Made by a program: the position numbers and the translations under genes. A stretch of DNA of 63,783 nucleotides, filler included, from Choristocarpus tenellus KU-1152 (Eukaryota; Protista; Phaeophyceae): the NCBI GenBank assembly GCA_964200185.2. It is 12 parts of 12 records of this genome, joined end to end, with 100 filler letters (N's around TTAATTAATTAA, not from the genome) between each part and the next. Parts side by side here need not be neighbours in the genome. Positions count along the whole stretch, not along the records: positions 9,541 to 14,978 come from CAXNAD020010776.1; positions 15,079 to 21,287 come from CAXNAD020008676.1; positions 21,388 to 27,533 come from CAXNAD020008836.1; 9 more parts are not named here. One strand, given 5' to 3'. Positions 12,715 to 25,219 of the stretch are shown in pieces (positions within the stretch are counted from its first letter, which is position 1; each line of letters starts with the position of its first letter). The notes under the pieces are model-generated. The model had not been told where the DNA came from, ran no database searches, and worked only from the letters and a program-made list of their open reading frames with translations.

Positions 12715-13559
12715 TATTTTAAATAGAACACATCTGCCACGGTACCATGGGGTGACATTACAACCCCTAGGAAACCACAGTATGTTTGAGGAATTTTGAC
12801 ACATCTATGTAGTAGTTCTACAGAGTTTTCCAATGTTTCCACAGGTTACTAACAGAGTTTTGGTATAGACTAATCATACACTTTCCCCAACCCCTGGAAT
12901 TTTCCAACTAGTCAATAGTTTGCCGAGTGGAAGGCTCCCTTTTAAAGTATTGGTTCTTTGTTCTTTAAAACCATGTTGCTCTCTCTTTTGACCACACTTC
13001 AGACCCCTCAGATCGGTATGAAAATATTAATAAAAAAAATAGTGGCAATCTGGAGAGGGAAGCACCTGCTGCCCAGGAGGCAAATACCATGACTGATCAG
13101 AACCCAAGAATATGTAACGTTTACAAGTGTTTTTTGGTATTTTTGCAGTTTCTATGGTAATGTATTACAACAGTGTGCAGAATCGATCTTAGAGCAGTAA
13201 ATGGAGCTCTGCCTGTCCTTCGGTTTACTTGTTGGTAGCACAACCGCCTGTTCAATGGCCTTGAAATGCACCCCACCTCTTCACCAAAGTTGTGACTTTA
13301 TTCACTCGACCCATTCACCCTTGTCCTGTCTACACCCTGTGCACTTGCTCATTTTGGCTATTGCTTGCTCTCCCTTGACATACATTTTTGGTGCTGCTGA
13401 CAAGAAAATGTTTCTTCTCTTTGTCTGCTGCTCCTGCTGTCTGTATACTCGCGCGTTCGCGCGCGTGTGTATGTTTGGTTGATTCCTTGCATGCTGTCTC
13501 TGCTGTATTCCTTCCGGTTGGTTGGTTGTTGGTGTTTGTTGTGTGTGAAAAATCGCCAG

Positions 13560-13679
13560 ATTTTCAAGGAGAAGGCGTTGGTGGATACGATCAAAGGAGT
13601 CAAGGGTAGAAACTTCTACAGGCAACGATTTGCAATCGCAGCAAATATTCCAGAAGGGGAGAAGTGGCGTGTGCTGTAA
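13560..13679 (+). CDS. Terminal exon resembling the C-terminus of a thioredoxin domain (NTRC-like)
   Basis: cag|ATT acceptor after a GT/pyrimidine-rich tract. IFKEKALVDTIKGVKGRNFYRQ resembles NTRC [22 protein letters not shown]. Upstream exons not found. Confidence 0.45.
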   Translation: MFKEKALVDTIKGVKGRNFYRQRFAIAANIPEGEKWRVL

Positions 13680-13904
13680 TAAATACTGCGTACATTTGAA
13701 TATAACATAATAAGAATGTGGATCATATATAGAGGGGTATTTTTGTGCTGGAGTAATACATAATATTGAACCTAAGTAAACGAGAGGTACCCAGGTTTTG
13801 GTCGTTTTGCATTTCAAGCCAGTTTTTTCGATCTTTTGCGATTCACCCATACTTCTATGGATGAAGTGCTAAGGTTGACTTGAGAGTGCTGATTTCTTTA
13901 TTGC

Positions 13905-14005
13905 TCGAAAATTTTCAACGGAATTCAGAAATGGTCCAATACGCATTTGTGAAAAAAGCAAGAATTGCACGTAAGTGTCGGTATCCTTTAGAAATGCAAC
14001 TCTGG
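13905..14005. repeat. Dispersed repeat D
   Basis: Reverse-complement match to about 33457-33560. Confidence 0.7.
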
Positions 14006-14379
14006 TTACCTCTGGTTCACCTTGGGTCATTATTAGTAGCAACAAGAGAATGGAGATATACTGGTATTGCATACCTGGAGAGATCACAACTTGTCAAGAG
14101 ATCTGTCCACTATATCTTGTTCTGCTTGTTCTCTATCTCCTACCCTCAGTTGCTAGAACACACATGCTCGAGACATTCTGAATGATTGTATTGCAGATTC
14201 TTCATTTCTTACTTAATTTTTATCAGATTGTTCGCTGTTGGATGGAAAGTGGATACTGCACATTATGGATGGATACATTATGGCGTAATATATTATTTAA
14301 TAGCTCTTTGTATGTATATATGACTAAAATACTACTACCTCTATGCCATAAGTTTGTGCTGCGAAACATCTGGGCTCGC

Positions 14380-14800
14380 TGAGCAAGAATGGCGGCACCA
14401 AATCGGACGATAACCCCACAGAATGAAATTGGGTAGACAATCTTGGCTTTCAGAAAAGGTGGGGGTCGAGGAGCATCAAGTACAAACTCGAGGTGCTTCA
14501 AGCCGTCGAAGTAGGGCTCTTTTGGGGTGATTTTAAGGCCAAAACTGGGCGTGTCGAGGATCAGAACGTCGGCATGGCAACCCCCCCATTGAACCTCCTG
14601 CATAGGAAGGGTGCCCAAGTGTCCCTGAATACCAGGGTTGCGCTTGCAGTGTGGCACACCCTCGCGATGGTCCCTGGTGAGCATAAACTGCCGCAACATG
14701 TTGGGTTGGCCCTTGCAGCGGATTTTGGAGTGTCAGAGCGTTACATGTGAGGGCTCTGGAAGGATGTCGCCAATTAGCTCGCCCTTGGCTACACGTATGA
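14380..14800 (-). pseudogene. Decayed ORF of unknown family
   Basis: GC3-rich reading frame continues upstream of 14699 through TGA (14733-14735) and TAG stops. Confidence 0.3.
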
Positions 14801-15078
14801 CCTAGGGGTGGCGGCATGTAGTGGGCGGCCTTCAGAGCTCACACCGACCAAGTTTGCTGCAATACATAGTATCAACTCCAATAATCGGTCATCCACAGTG
14901 CGTCAGGTGACAATGAAGATGGCTGCCAAGAACAGTGGATCGAGATAATGGAGGATGGATTTTTCTCAAACAGGTGCGNNNNNNNNNNNNNNNNNNNNNN
15001 NNNNNNNNNNNNNNNNNNNNNNTTAATTAATTAANNNNNNNNNNNNNNNNNNNNNNNNNNNNNNNNNNNNNNNNNNNN

Positions 15079-15477
15079 GCGGAGATTAGAGACAACGAGA
15101 GGCACAAGGATCGATTATGTATCAAATGCCCCATGGTACAGGAGGGCAGTGAAGGGTCTGGATCGGTGGGGAACGAAGCGGCGGGTCGGGGCAGGGGCAA
15201 GGGTAAGGGTAAGGCTCACGCAAGGAGCGCGGGCGGGTCACCCACGACGCAAAGCCTTTTACGTCCCCCCTCACGCAGCGAAACGGTCGACATGGAGAAG
15301 TGTATGTGGGCCTCGGCGTGGTTGCACATTATAGAGACACACAAGTCGTCTCTGCGTGTTTGTTTTCGCGTTGGTTTGCCCATAGGTCTTGGCTGCTTGT
15401 ACATCATGTGGATTGCTCGTCCTTTGTACCTTGGATGTGTCGCTTTTTTGGAGGGTTCCATGGGCCATGGAACTTAG
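15079..15477 (+). CDS. Possible partial exon, unknown protein
   Basis: Open from the contig edge with a G/K/R-rich low-complexity linker; no family recognised. Confidence 0.25.
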   Translation, partial: AEIRDNERHKDRLCIKCPMVQEGSEGSGSVGNEAAGRGRGKGKGKAHARSAGGSPTTQSLLRPPSRSETVDMEKCMWASAWLHIIETHKSSLRVCFRVGLPIGLGCLYIMWIARPLYLGCVAFLEGSMGHGT

Positions 15478-16209
15478 TGTTTTGACGTCTACCCTCCTTC
15501 CACGAGATGTATCTGATGAGTCTGACATTGTGGAGGGTACGGCCTGGCATTTTGGAGATGCCGTGGAAATATTGTCAGGAACTCATTTAATGAAAAGATT
15601 GCCTGCACCGTAGCTTACTATGCCGTCCTTCTTGTCGTGCTGTCTGTCTACTCTGTCGTGTGTCATGATGTCCAAGCAGGAGTGAGAACCCTGCACTACA
15701 CGACCTTCGCCCTCTCGACCCCACGGTATCCTTAGACAAACTTGGTGATTTCGCCTTCCGCAACGCGCCAAAGCTCGCCATGGTGTCCATTGCGTTGATA
15801 CTGTACAATATTATCAGTCCATACTGAATGTTGATTTGTCCATTGCAATGGTCGCCATTCCCATTTACATTATTAGCTGATCATCACAACCTTATTCAAC
15901 CACTGTAAGAACATCACAGTGCATAGGAAGCATAGGAACAGTCGATACCCGTCATACACACAGGCATACTATGTACCACATTAGTTACCTTAGATATGGG
16001 TTAAATCTTGTCTTCTTACTTCTTTGTTTTTACTTCTTATTATTATTCACACAATACGTTATCAGTTGCACAGCATGCATGTGTTGATTATTCTTACTTG
16101 ACTGCCATTGCCCCCTCATAAGACATCCTATTCGCTCTGCAACAATGTACAACATACACATGACAAGATACAATGTATACAGAGTTAAAAATCATCCTTC
16201 GAACCCTTC

Positions 16210-19120
16210 TCAGCCAAGGTGACAACCTTCATCACAGAGGATGAATTTCTTCATTTGAGCGTGTCTCAATGAATGACCACACACTTTCCATCGATCATAG
16301 TCTGCTTGTGTAAAATATACTGCCAGACATACCAGTATACATTTCAAATCAACCATAGTCTGAGTAAAACATATCTTCAGATGCACTAGACCCGACCCGC
16401 AGGTGTCTTGTTGAACAATGACACACATTTGCCCCTAAAGAGTCAAAGTATCTTAGAGGGCAGAGCCTAATCCATTTGGGGGCCAAAATCCAATGTTGCC
16501 ATTTAGATATAGTTTTGTTTATCGTGTTTGTAAGGAAGTGTCAATATCCTTGTTCCGGACACACCTTTTCATAATGTACACATTTTACCTACTCGGAAAT
16601 ATTTTGGAGTAGGAAAATGTCACAAAAAACCCCATAGATAGGAAGTCAAGCCCCAAATGGACAAACGGGGAAAATCTCGTACACTCTGAGTTACTTTAAC
16701 TCAAACGTGTTAACCACAGTACAACCAAACACGCTTTCACATCGAACATTGTCTGATTGAGTAAAACAAGCCATCAGACCTGCCACAACAAACTCATCAG
16801 TGCTTTGTTGCGCTATGATCCTCTTCGCCATAAACCAGACACGTTACAACAATGCACAACTCATACAAAATCAGGTTTCAACACAGATCTCACTGCCTCC
16901 ACTCCCAATTCCCACTCATTTCCAGGTACCTGTGGACTTGAAACAAACTCCACAGTGTCATCTCCACCTACTTCCTCCAATAGTTTGCATGGTTCAGGTG
17001 GAGGGTCACTGTTGGGATCCACTTGTCGCAGTATTGTCTTTCTCACACTCCCCTGCTGTGACAGTGGGTCCAAAACATCAATGGCAATGTCCAAACGTTC
17101 ATCCAACTCCTCGCTCTCCATAACCGACCCCCTTGCATTTCCTGCTACCACAAGACTTAGCAGAACGTTCTCAGCAGCATTTTGACTGGACCCGTCCACA
17201 GTCCCACATGGACCTGGTTCAACTTCCTCAGGCATCAAACCCATTACCCTTAAATCCATGTATGGGGACTCTGATGTTGCAGTCTTACTTGTTGACCCCC
17301 CTCGATCAATACGTGGCGGTGCCATCTTTGGGATGGGTCCCTCCCCTCCCCAACGATCCTCCTTGGGACTATGGCATTCACTGCAACCCCCTCAGGGGGG
17401 AGCGTACTCTTCGCTACAGCATCCTCCACTGATGTATTAGCCTCAAACATCAATCCTCTACAATCAACACTTCTCCTCCACTCCTCGCTTAGGTGAGATC
17501 AACATCTTTAGCCTCAGCGTGGGTTAGATTGATACCTCCAGCCTCATCCTGTGCGAAATCGACTCTTCTAGTCCCCTCCTGGGTGCAGTCATCAAATGAC
17601 GCAACATCCTCCTCTGATGTTACGTTCGCTCCAGTCAAGTCCACATAAACGCGCTCCCCCTTTACCGAAGCGCGATTATCTGTTTCCTTTGGAGTTGGAT
17701 GGCTATGACTCTTGTCTAGTGAGCAACCTCGGCAAAAGGGTCCCCACGTCCCAGTTAGCAAAATATTCTGAGCAGAAGCGTACTTCCTGACCATCCCCTG
17801 ATGTACATGGCCTAATCACACGTGTAGCTCATTGACATCTATCGACGCAGTAGTAATCCGGGTGAAGAGTAATCTTGGTCTTGTTGCACCAAGTCCGTCT
17901 GATTTTAGTCCTGCTCCCTTGTTACCAGAACCATTTCCCCCCACCAGATTATTCTTCTTATGGATGTTCTGATATTCCAGACCCCTTGGCAAACCAAACT
18001 TTATTTATGGACATTCAAAGCTTTGGTGACCAAATTCCCCTCAAACAAAACAGGTTATACCCCCTTCAGTCTCCTTCTACTTCTTGAGTTGTGGACACTT
18101 GGATCAGAAGTGAGGTCTGCCACCTTCCCAATAACCAGGTTGCCCACCAGTACGTCTGGATTGCCATCCTGCCACCAGTGCGCCAGCTCTTACCCCAGCC
18201 GATTCTGTCCCCCTTTAGATAGAGCCTAAATGGTATTTCTTTAAGACTAACGTTTCCAGTTTCATCCGTGCCTCTGGCGATTCATCATCAATCTGGTATA
18301 ATGTGTCAACGTATTTATCGCCGAGTGAATTTTGAAGCCAACCCACTCGATCTTCCTCAGTCACTGAACCTCCCAGACTCTTCAGCTCCATTATAAGAGC
18401 CTCCTGCCGATTTATTGTATCAGGAGGATATCCCCCAGGTTCCAGCACCATGTCCATCAATTGCCATCTCACAATATTTCTCCCAGTTTGCCCAGAATGA
18501 GCATAGTTCTTGATGAGTGGGGTAAATGCTTCACTCGGAGAATTGTACATTAAAATAATTTCCAAGGCAGGTCCAGCTGTAGCCTCTTGAAGTCCATTTA
18601 TCGCATAAGTCGTCGCATGGTGAAAGTACGGGTCAACTCCAGCCGGGAAAGAATCCAATGATAATACCCTAAGGTGTTCCTTTGTTACCAGTGGCTCGCT
18701 CCATCCCAATGAGAGAGCATGTGTAATAAATGTCTTACTCCATATCCTCCAAGTTCCTGGTTCTCCCTTGAACACAGGTTGTTTCGAGGAATGTTGTTTT
18801 AGTTTGGGTACAAATACAGATCTAGCCCCCACAGCCACTGTATCTCTAGCCCGAACCCCAGCCCCAACCCATTGCACGGCTGATGTCCCATCTTGAATCT
18901 CCCTCCCCCCAATGGGTCATTGACGGTTCTTCAACTCTGTCATCAATGCAGTTCAGACTTTAATCAAATCTTGATCTGGACATCATCTTGTTTGTCTTGA
19001 CTCCCTTCCTCCAGTGATAGCTAAGATACAAATATAGTAACTATGCAAGCACGCTTAAAAGAGCTTTAGCATGTTAAGTTGTCCTGGACGATCTGTTGTC
19101 CCACACAACCAGTTGTTATA
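16210..19120 (-). mobile_element. Degenerate, internally deleted Ty1/Copia LTR retrotransposon
   Basis: Gag-like ORF 18215-18877 (PVFKGEPGTWRIWSKTF); integrase Zn motif LHV*LGH...CRGC...RVYVDLTG; start of RT (PQVPGN..., KACLVV, FTQAD). Order is gag-IN-RT. Confidence 0.8.
16440..16702 (+). mobile_element. MITE family B inserted in the Copia RT region
   Basis: GAGTCAAAGTATCTTAGAGGG...TTACTTTAACTC; TSD degenerate. Confidence 0.85.
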
Positions 19121-19439
19121 TTATTGTTTATTAGCTTGTATCAGAAGTTGAGAAGAGAGGGAGACACAATCACCAGATGGGGGTCACCAAACATTACAGC
19201 AAATAACTCAGAATACCAGATGACCCCAACAGTTCTCTAGAACACTTCACAGAAACACTCCTATCCAAACATTCCGCAAAACTTCTTCTGGTCAAATACT
19301 CCATCTAAATATCCCGAATGTCCCGCCTCATCGTTTGTGCGTATATTCAATATGACTTCGAATATTATTCTCAGAAATAGACAAGCATAATCTTGACATG
19401 TCATTTTCGAGGCAGACGAAGAAATGTAAGGTATTCTCC

Positions 19440-19580
19440 GCTGAAATGTGTATGTCATTAAAATGTATGCCCGGAACAAGGATATTGACACTTCCTAACA
19501 AAACAATTGCCAAAATTGCATTAAAATCGCAACATTGAATTTTGTCCCCCAAACGGACGTGGCTCTAAGATACTTCTACT
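19440..19580 (-). mobile_element. MITE family B, partial
   Basis: CCGGAACAAGGATATTGACACTTCCTAACA...CTAAGATACTTCTACTC. Confidence 0.7.
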
Positions 19581-20943
19581 CACATCCATGAGTACAGTCC
19601 AGGAGTCACATTGCAGGCAAAAGGTGGTGTTCGCACATGTATCCCACTTTACTGTGTAGACATACGTACCAGCAACACAGTTTGGGATGGAGGTTACTTT
19701 TGCCTTTTCACCATAATAAGCTCTCGATAGACAGTGTCTCCTTTCCCAACAGGCTTCGTTATATAACCAAAATATCCTGATGATTTTATTTTTTTCTTAA
19801 AGTCCATTGATATTTATGATGTCGATGCGTTGGGCACATTCACATGTTGACACTAGAGTGTCAACATTCCTTCAGAGGGTGGATCCAACGTTGACCTTGA
19901 TGTTCACCACTGAATTTGTACTCTCCCCAACATCTGTGAGCACGAATGAGGTGGGTATGACTCCAGACGCAGCTCCTTCTCCTCGTACCGTCCCTGAATT
20001 TACCACTACAACTGTGTTGGTCAAGACCCCCAACAAGTATATAACGCAGTCTCTATCCTAAGATATATAGGCAGGGACCATAAGGGACGAGGGTGTTCAA
20101 CATACAAGTGGATATGTCAGGGACAGGTTTCATTCGGGACCTCCTGAATCTTGTTGCAACAGGTAAAGGGCAGACATTCATGTTGCATGCGCAGACTTTC
20201 CCATTGTCACCCAGCCAAAGTGTTGTGGTGTGGGTTAGACACATAAATAGTGGATTCAAACCAGCGAAGCCAGGGATCGTGTTCTGTTGATTCGCAGTGC
20301 GGATTGAAGGACATGCTACTCTCAGGGTCTCATGTTAAAGCATAGGTTACTCTTCTTTTATGTCATTGATACTATACAGCATGACCAGCTCATACTCACT
20401 GTTCATTCGCACATCAGTACTGGCCGTTACTCATCTCTTAGACCATCAATACTGCACTATATGATCATGAATTACCGTTGCAATTTGTGTGGTTCATACC
20501 AAGTCTGAAATAGTAGATATTCCTCGAACATACAAACCCAGTATGTGCCACATGAGTTGATTCAGAATTTGATTCAGGTTTTTTCTTTATTAATTTCCTC
20601 ACAGCAGAAATAACAGTTGTATCTCGCACAACGTTTTCTTTGGTTGGTATTGCCCTCACCCAGACATTGAACTCACTCTATTTCAAATGTACCCGATGCA
20701 CAACTGGATTTAATATATTCAGAATTAAAACAACCACGAACAGTCTCTGCACAGAGCATGCATCTCTTCCTTTGAATGTCACAAGAAACACCTCATCACA
20801 CTATATTGTTCAACCTGTAACTGTGCAGAACATGTCCCAAGATTGATCGCTGTGAATTCGTCAGTGCTTCACTGCTCCATGTCACCCCTTCACACTAAAC
20901 GATCAGTCACTTGACAAGGGCACGATTCATTCAATCCAAAATT

Positions 20944-20960
20944 TCAACAGGTTATGAGCC
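20944..20960 (+). promoter_or_regulatory. Copia-type LTR end and primer-binding site
   Basis: TCAACA followed directly by GGTTATGAGCC, complementary to the initiator tRNA-Met anticodon arm. Confidence 0.6.
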
Positions 20961-21088
20961 TCACACAACTCCCCTTCGCAAAACCTTTGTCTAGGATGGC
21001 TCAGCCCCACCTTTCACTTCCTTTCTGATAGTCATCCCTGGCGGTTCTCATCCCTCACTATCACACAGAACGTAGCTATTCCTACAGA

Positions 21089-21287
21089 TGTTACAGGCGC
21101 CCCTCAAAGCTTACCTCCACAAGATGTATAGCTCCAATCTACGGGCCTATAGATGATACTGATGTACGTATAGGACTCCTGATGCACAAGTCGTCAGGTA
21201 TGCTGGATCTCTCACTTGAATTAACATCAATATCATCATATAAAAAGGAACTGATCCACGATGTCTTATCACAATTGGGGACCATAA
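21089..21287 (-). mobile_element. TG..CA element (family E) end fragment
   Basis: TGTTACAGGCGCCCCTC... is the reverse complement of the right end of 57501-58032. Confidence 0.7.
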
Positions 21288-21387
21288 NNNNNNNNNNNNN
21301 NNNNNNNNNNNNNNNNNNNNNNNNNNNNNNNTTAATTAATTAANNNNNNNNNNNNNNNNNNNNNNNNNNNNNNNNNNNNNNNNNNNN

Positions 21388-21602
21388 TCATCATTTATCT
21401 TGTAAGGCTACCTATGTATTACTAATGTCATATATTGTTCGTACTTGTCAGAACTCAAGAAATAATCCTCACACTCTACGTCTGTTACAAATGTTCGTAT
21501 TTCCTGAAACATAGAAGAAAATGCTCGCGCTATTTGTGTGTAACAAATGCTCACACTTCGTTGAAATACAAGAAGAAAAGCTCGCGCTATTCGCCTGTAA
21601 CA
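21388..21602 (-). mobile_element. TG..CA element (family E) fragment with a duplicated terminus
   Basis: Reverse complement of about 57501-57645; ends GCTATTTGTGTGTAACA and GCTATTCGCCTGTAACA in tandem. Confidence 0.7.
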
Positions 21603-22614
21603 CACGTTGATTATGTTATTCATAAATACAAATGTGCCATGTGCTACACCAGGTATCCATCACCATGTGCTCCAAAACGTAGTAACATTACTTGATGAAA
21701 ATCCAACTCATCCATTTATTAGGGACATCCTTGCCTCTAGTGTCCACTGTAACATTCGAGATGCGTATCATGAGCCAGCATGTTACTACATCAGCCATGT
21801 TTATCAAAGCACGACAAAAATATGACACACACACTTGATCCATTACCATCCAGCCAGCCATACATCAACAACCAACACAAACCATTACATTTCCTACTTT
21901 AACACCATTCAGAACACTGGTTACCTCTGCCAATCAAGCACTTTGCAGGTAGAAGGATCTGATAGCGGCAGTCTAAAATAAAATCAATTTACCATTTGCA
22001 CAGGGTTGCTGGGCATCCCACTTATCATGTAGTTTAGAGGCGTTCTATCAGATAACGAAACCATTGCTAAAATAAATAACAGGGGCAACAATCAGCATTT
22101 TATACATTAGGCAGTTCTATGGCAGGGACATGCAGGAACTGTATAGCTATGATCACTCCCTTCAACATCACAATGGAGCTATGTATAGCAAGTGCAGTCA
22201 TTGAAAGGTACTACCCAACCCGTTTTCCCAGAGGAATCCACGATCACCACCTCGCATCTCGTTCACCTTGAGTAAGAAGTTCTTAATGGCAAGTACCCAT
22301 AACATCTCACTCAGTACGAATTTCATTACTAGCTGCAGACTCACTGTGAACGGTGTTAAGCTTAAAGGTTGCGAATGACCTGAAGGAGGTTTCTGATATC
22401 AGGAGGCCATACAGACTGCACAAATAGTAACAAGACAAGATACGGCACAAGAATAATATCCCTTACGTTGTTGATCGCTCAACCTATGAGAAAGATAAAT
22501 TATTTTACAGTACACGCCATGACTGTCACACCTCCCTGCCTATTCATGAGCACTAGTCTCTTGGAACAGCTTAACAGTATCAAGTGGGGGCCAAGGGAAG
22601 AACAAGCATACAAA

Positions 22615-23329
22615 TCATAGTCCGTGATCATCCATTGTTGGCAGTCTTCGTTCCCCGCAGACAGTCTTGAACCATGCATAACCAGTAATGCAGACACAAA
22701 CCAGGTACATGGCTGCTGCCCCAAATATAGGGCGGGACATTAAAAGCTTCGTTGGGGCATCTTCTTCGAAAATAATGTAAGTAGATCCCCTCGCTAGCAT
22801 TGACCCCAGCCACGAAAGGAAAAAAACTCCGACCAGGGAGAAGATGAAGCAGCATTGTGTACCTGTGAACAGGATTGACAATGGGATGGGGTTTGTTGAG
22901 GTGGATTGGCTACGCTTTTAAAGAGAATCGCCTTCTTGCCTATTGCACGTGATGTCTGTGTTGTAAACAACCACTAGGAGATACGTATCATTATATATCA
23001 GTGGCACAGAGTGTAAAGTTCAAGACTTGCTTCAATGGCCTCCAGGTATTGCGTACAACCCATGCCATAGGTAGACTACCCGTTACGTTACATAAGAAGC
23101 TCTCACATGGGCCTGCTTTACCGTAGGAAACGGTGGCATCAAGCTGCTTCCTGCGTAGCGCCTTGATGTTGGTGTAAATTGGAGTGTAGTGGGGCTGGTA
23201 CTCATATCCCTGCTCATCAAATTCATCATTGTCCGCATCGTGGACTTCCAAATGGGCGTATCCTCGTACGCCCCCGATCTGTGTAGGTAACCTTTGACGC
23301 AGTGCATCCACTGCTCTCATGTTCGACAT
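22615..23329 (-). CDS. Small two-TM protein, RNASEK / V-ATPase subunit f-like
   Basis: Exons 23329-23122 (G|GTAAAG) and 22862-22615 (cag|GT), phase 1, about 151 aa. CCFIFSLVGVFFLSWLG...IFGAAAMYLVCVCITGY matches the RNASEK helix pattern. The gene model is firmer than the family call. Confidence 0.55.
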
Positions 23330-25040
23330 TGATCGTCCAGGTGAGATCTTCAATCTCGCCCATAGAGCTAGCTCTATGGGGTGCAAAGAAGCTTCCACCA
23401 CTTACTCCTGCATGGGAATGTTATTGCAGTGATGACATCAGCACATCACAGGGATATATTCCGCTCTATCCAACTCCCTCATAACTCAATTTTTACTAGT
23501 CAGTATAGGAGCAAGTTGTGCCAGAATTGTCTGAGAAAGGGCGCAATTTCTTCGAAACGCCAATATCGTGTGTCACCTTCCTCCTGTGGCTCCCTTTCTG
23601 CATCCAAGTGCAAAAATGTATTATTCTCAAAATCCAGTTACTTAGGGAGTCATCCTGGAATCTGTGCAAGCATCGAAGGAGTGAGGATGGAGGTATGGTG
23701 TCAACTTTGGTTTCAATGATTAGGAATTATACAAGGACATCTCGCGGCGTGCGCGCGTAGTCTATTTTAGTACATTTTCAACAGCATTACTGTTAAACTT
23801 TTGCAGTAGTAGTGGTCGTAGTAGGATTATAGGAGTAGCGGAGTACCATTAAAAGGTACATGTAAATAACGCATACGCTATTCACTCCCCAATATTTATA
23901 TATTATGCCCTCTGACATTTTGCAGACGTCTCCCCTATATTATGAATTTTGTGTTCTACTTAATATTGGACACATTCCCCTTAAAGTGGGTAGACACGCC
24001 AGTCAACAATAGTAGCCAGAACCCTGTATGTGGATACATAGACCTACCATACGGTGCCTTGCGTAGTCTTCGGGCAGCTTGTGCGCAGCGAAAAATCTCT
24101 GTCTCATTCCCACCACAACTCCCAGACCATTGTAGTTGACTGGGCGTAAATGCAGGCGTGGAGACTACGCCTTATTTAATGGAATTTGTGGCACTATAGG
24201 CGTTGATAGGCGATGAGGTGAAGAGGCTGTGCTTTGTCACACTCCCGATAAGTATATTGCTGACAGCGAGGAAAAGAGTGACAAGGGAAACAGTGATGAT
24301 GAACCCGTTGTTGTGTCAGCTACTTCTCCCCCAACTAGAAAAAGCTTTTATCACCAGACAAGTTGCAGCTGTCCAGCATAGATAGGGTCGGTTTGGGGGG
24401 AAACTTCCAAAACAAGGGTTAGGGAGTATTGCCTTGTTCAGCAAGTTAAAGTACAAAGGGAAGCAAAAGGACGACACACCATGTGATGATGCCAACAGAA
24501 GGAGGCGATAATCTCTTGCTGATAATGATTTGAGCCAAACGAATTGAGAGGTAGGCAAGGTTGCATTTTTAAGGATCCTGAGAAATGGCTAAAGGCGCCA
24601 TTTTGTACAACTGCAAAATGAGCCTCAGCCAAATCGTGGTGTCACACTTTGTGTGTGAAAAGGGGGGATATCAATTTTGCACACTCTATTGTGCACATAA
24701 CCAGTGGAATAGGGTATATATTGGAGAGGGAAAGAAAGATAGCTTAGACTGCCAAAGGGCCCAAATCTGCCTACTACCTCTCAATTACTCGGCTCATTTG
24801 CTGGAGTGGCTAGGTGGACATTATATCAATCGCAGCGTTATGGCCCAGCAATATCGATACGGAGTTGGTGTGAAGACCACCTCAAGAATTCGATCCTGTA
24901 ATGAGGAGATGGAGAAGAGACTTCTTGCCAAGGGAAAGGGTGATGAGAAGGCAGTTAGGAAACCACAGCACCGGTAAGGCTTTAATACCTACTATTCTGT
25001 GTGCATTGTGAACTGCTGTAGCACTAGACCAGCAGTTTGT

Positions 25041-25219
25041 GGCTCAAAGTATCTGGGTGGGGGTGGGGGGGTCTACACCAGGGTGTCCATTCGGGCCCTG
25101 ACCAGGAGAAGTACACATACATTATCCATCCGATGCATACAACCAAATCACCCAAAAATCGCGGCATGGAAAAATGCGCCCAGAATGGACAGCTGCCAAC
25201 CCCCCAGATACTTTGTGTC
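25041..25219. mobile_element. MITE family A, full length
   Basis: GGCTCAAAGTATCTGGG...CCCAGATACTTTGTGTC. Confidence 0.85.

Noticed and set aside
13150-13420. In-frame TGA codons as selenocysteine or readthrough
   Set aside because: No redox motif or SECIS-like stem seen; better explained as CGA-to-TGA decay in a relic ORF
21089-21602. A single family E element spanning the gap, implying true contig adjacency
   Set aside because: Flanking 4-mers do not match (CAGA vs CACG or AATG)
24170-24980. hAT/BED-finger or Kolobok transposon remnant
   Set aside because: Only scattered Cys/His residues and unpaired TTAA-RR ends; no matching termini
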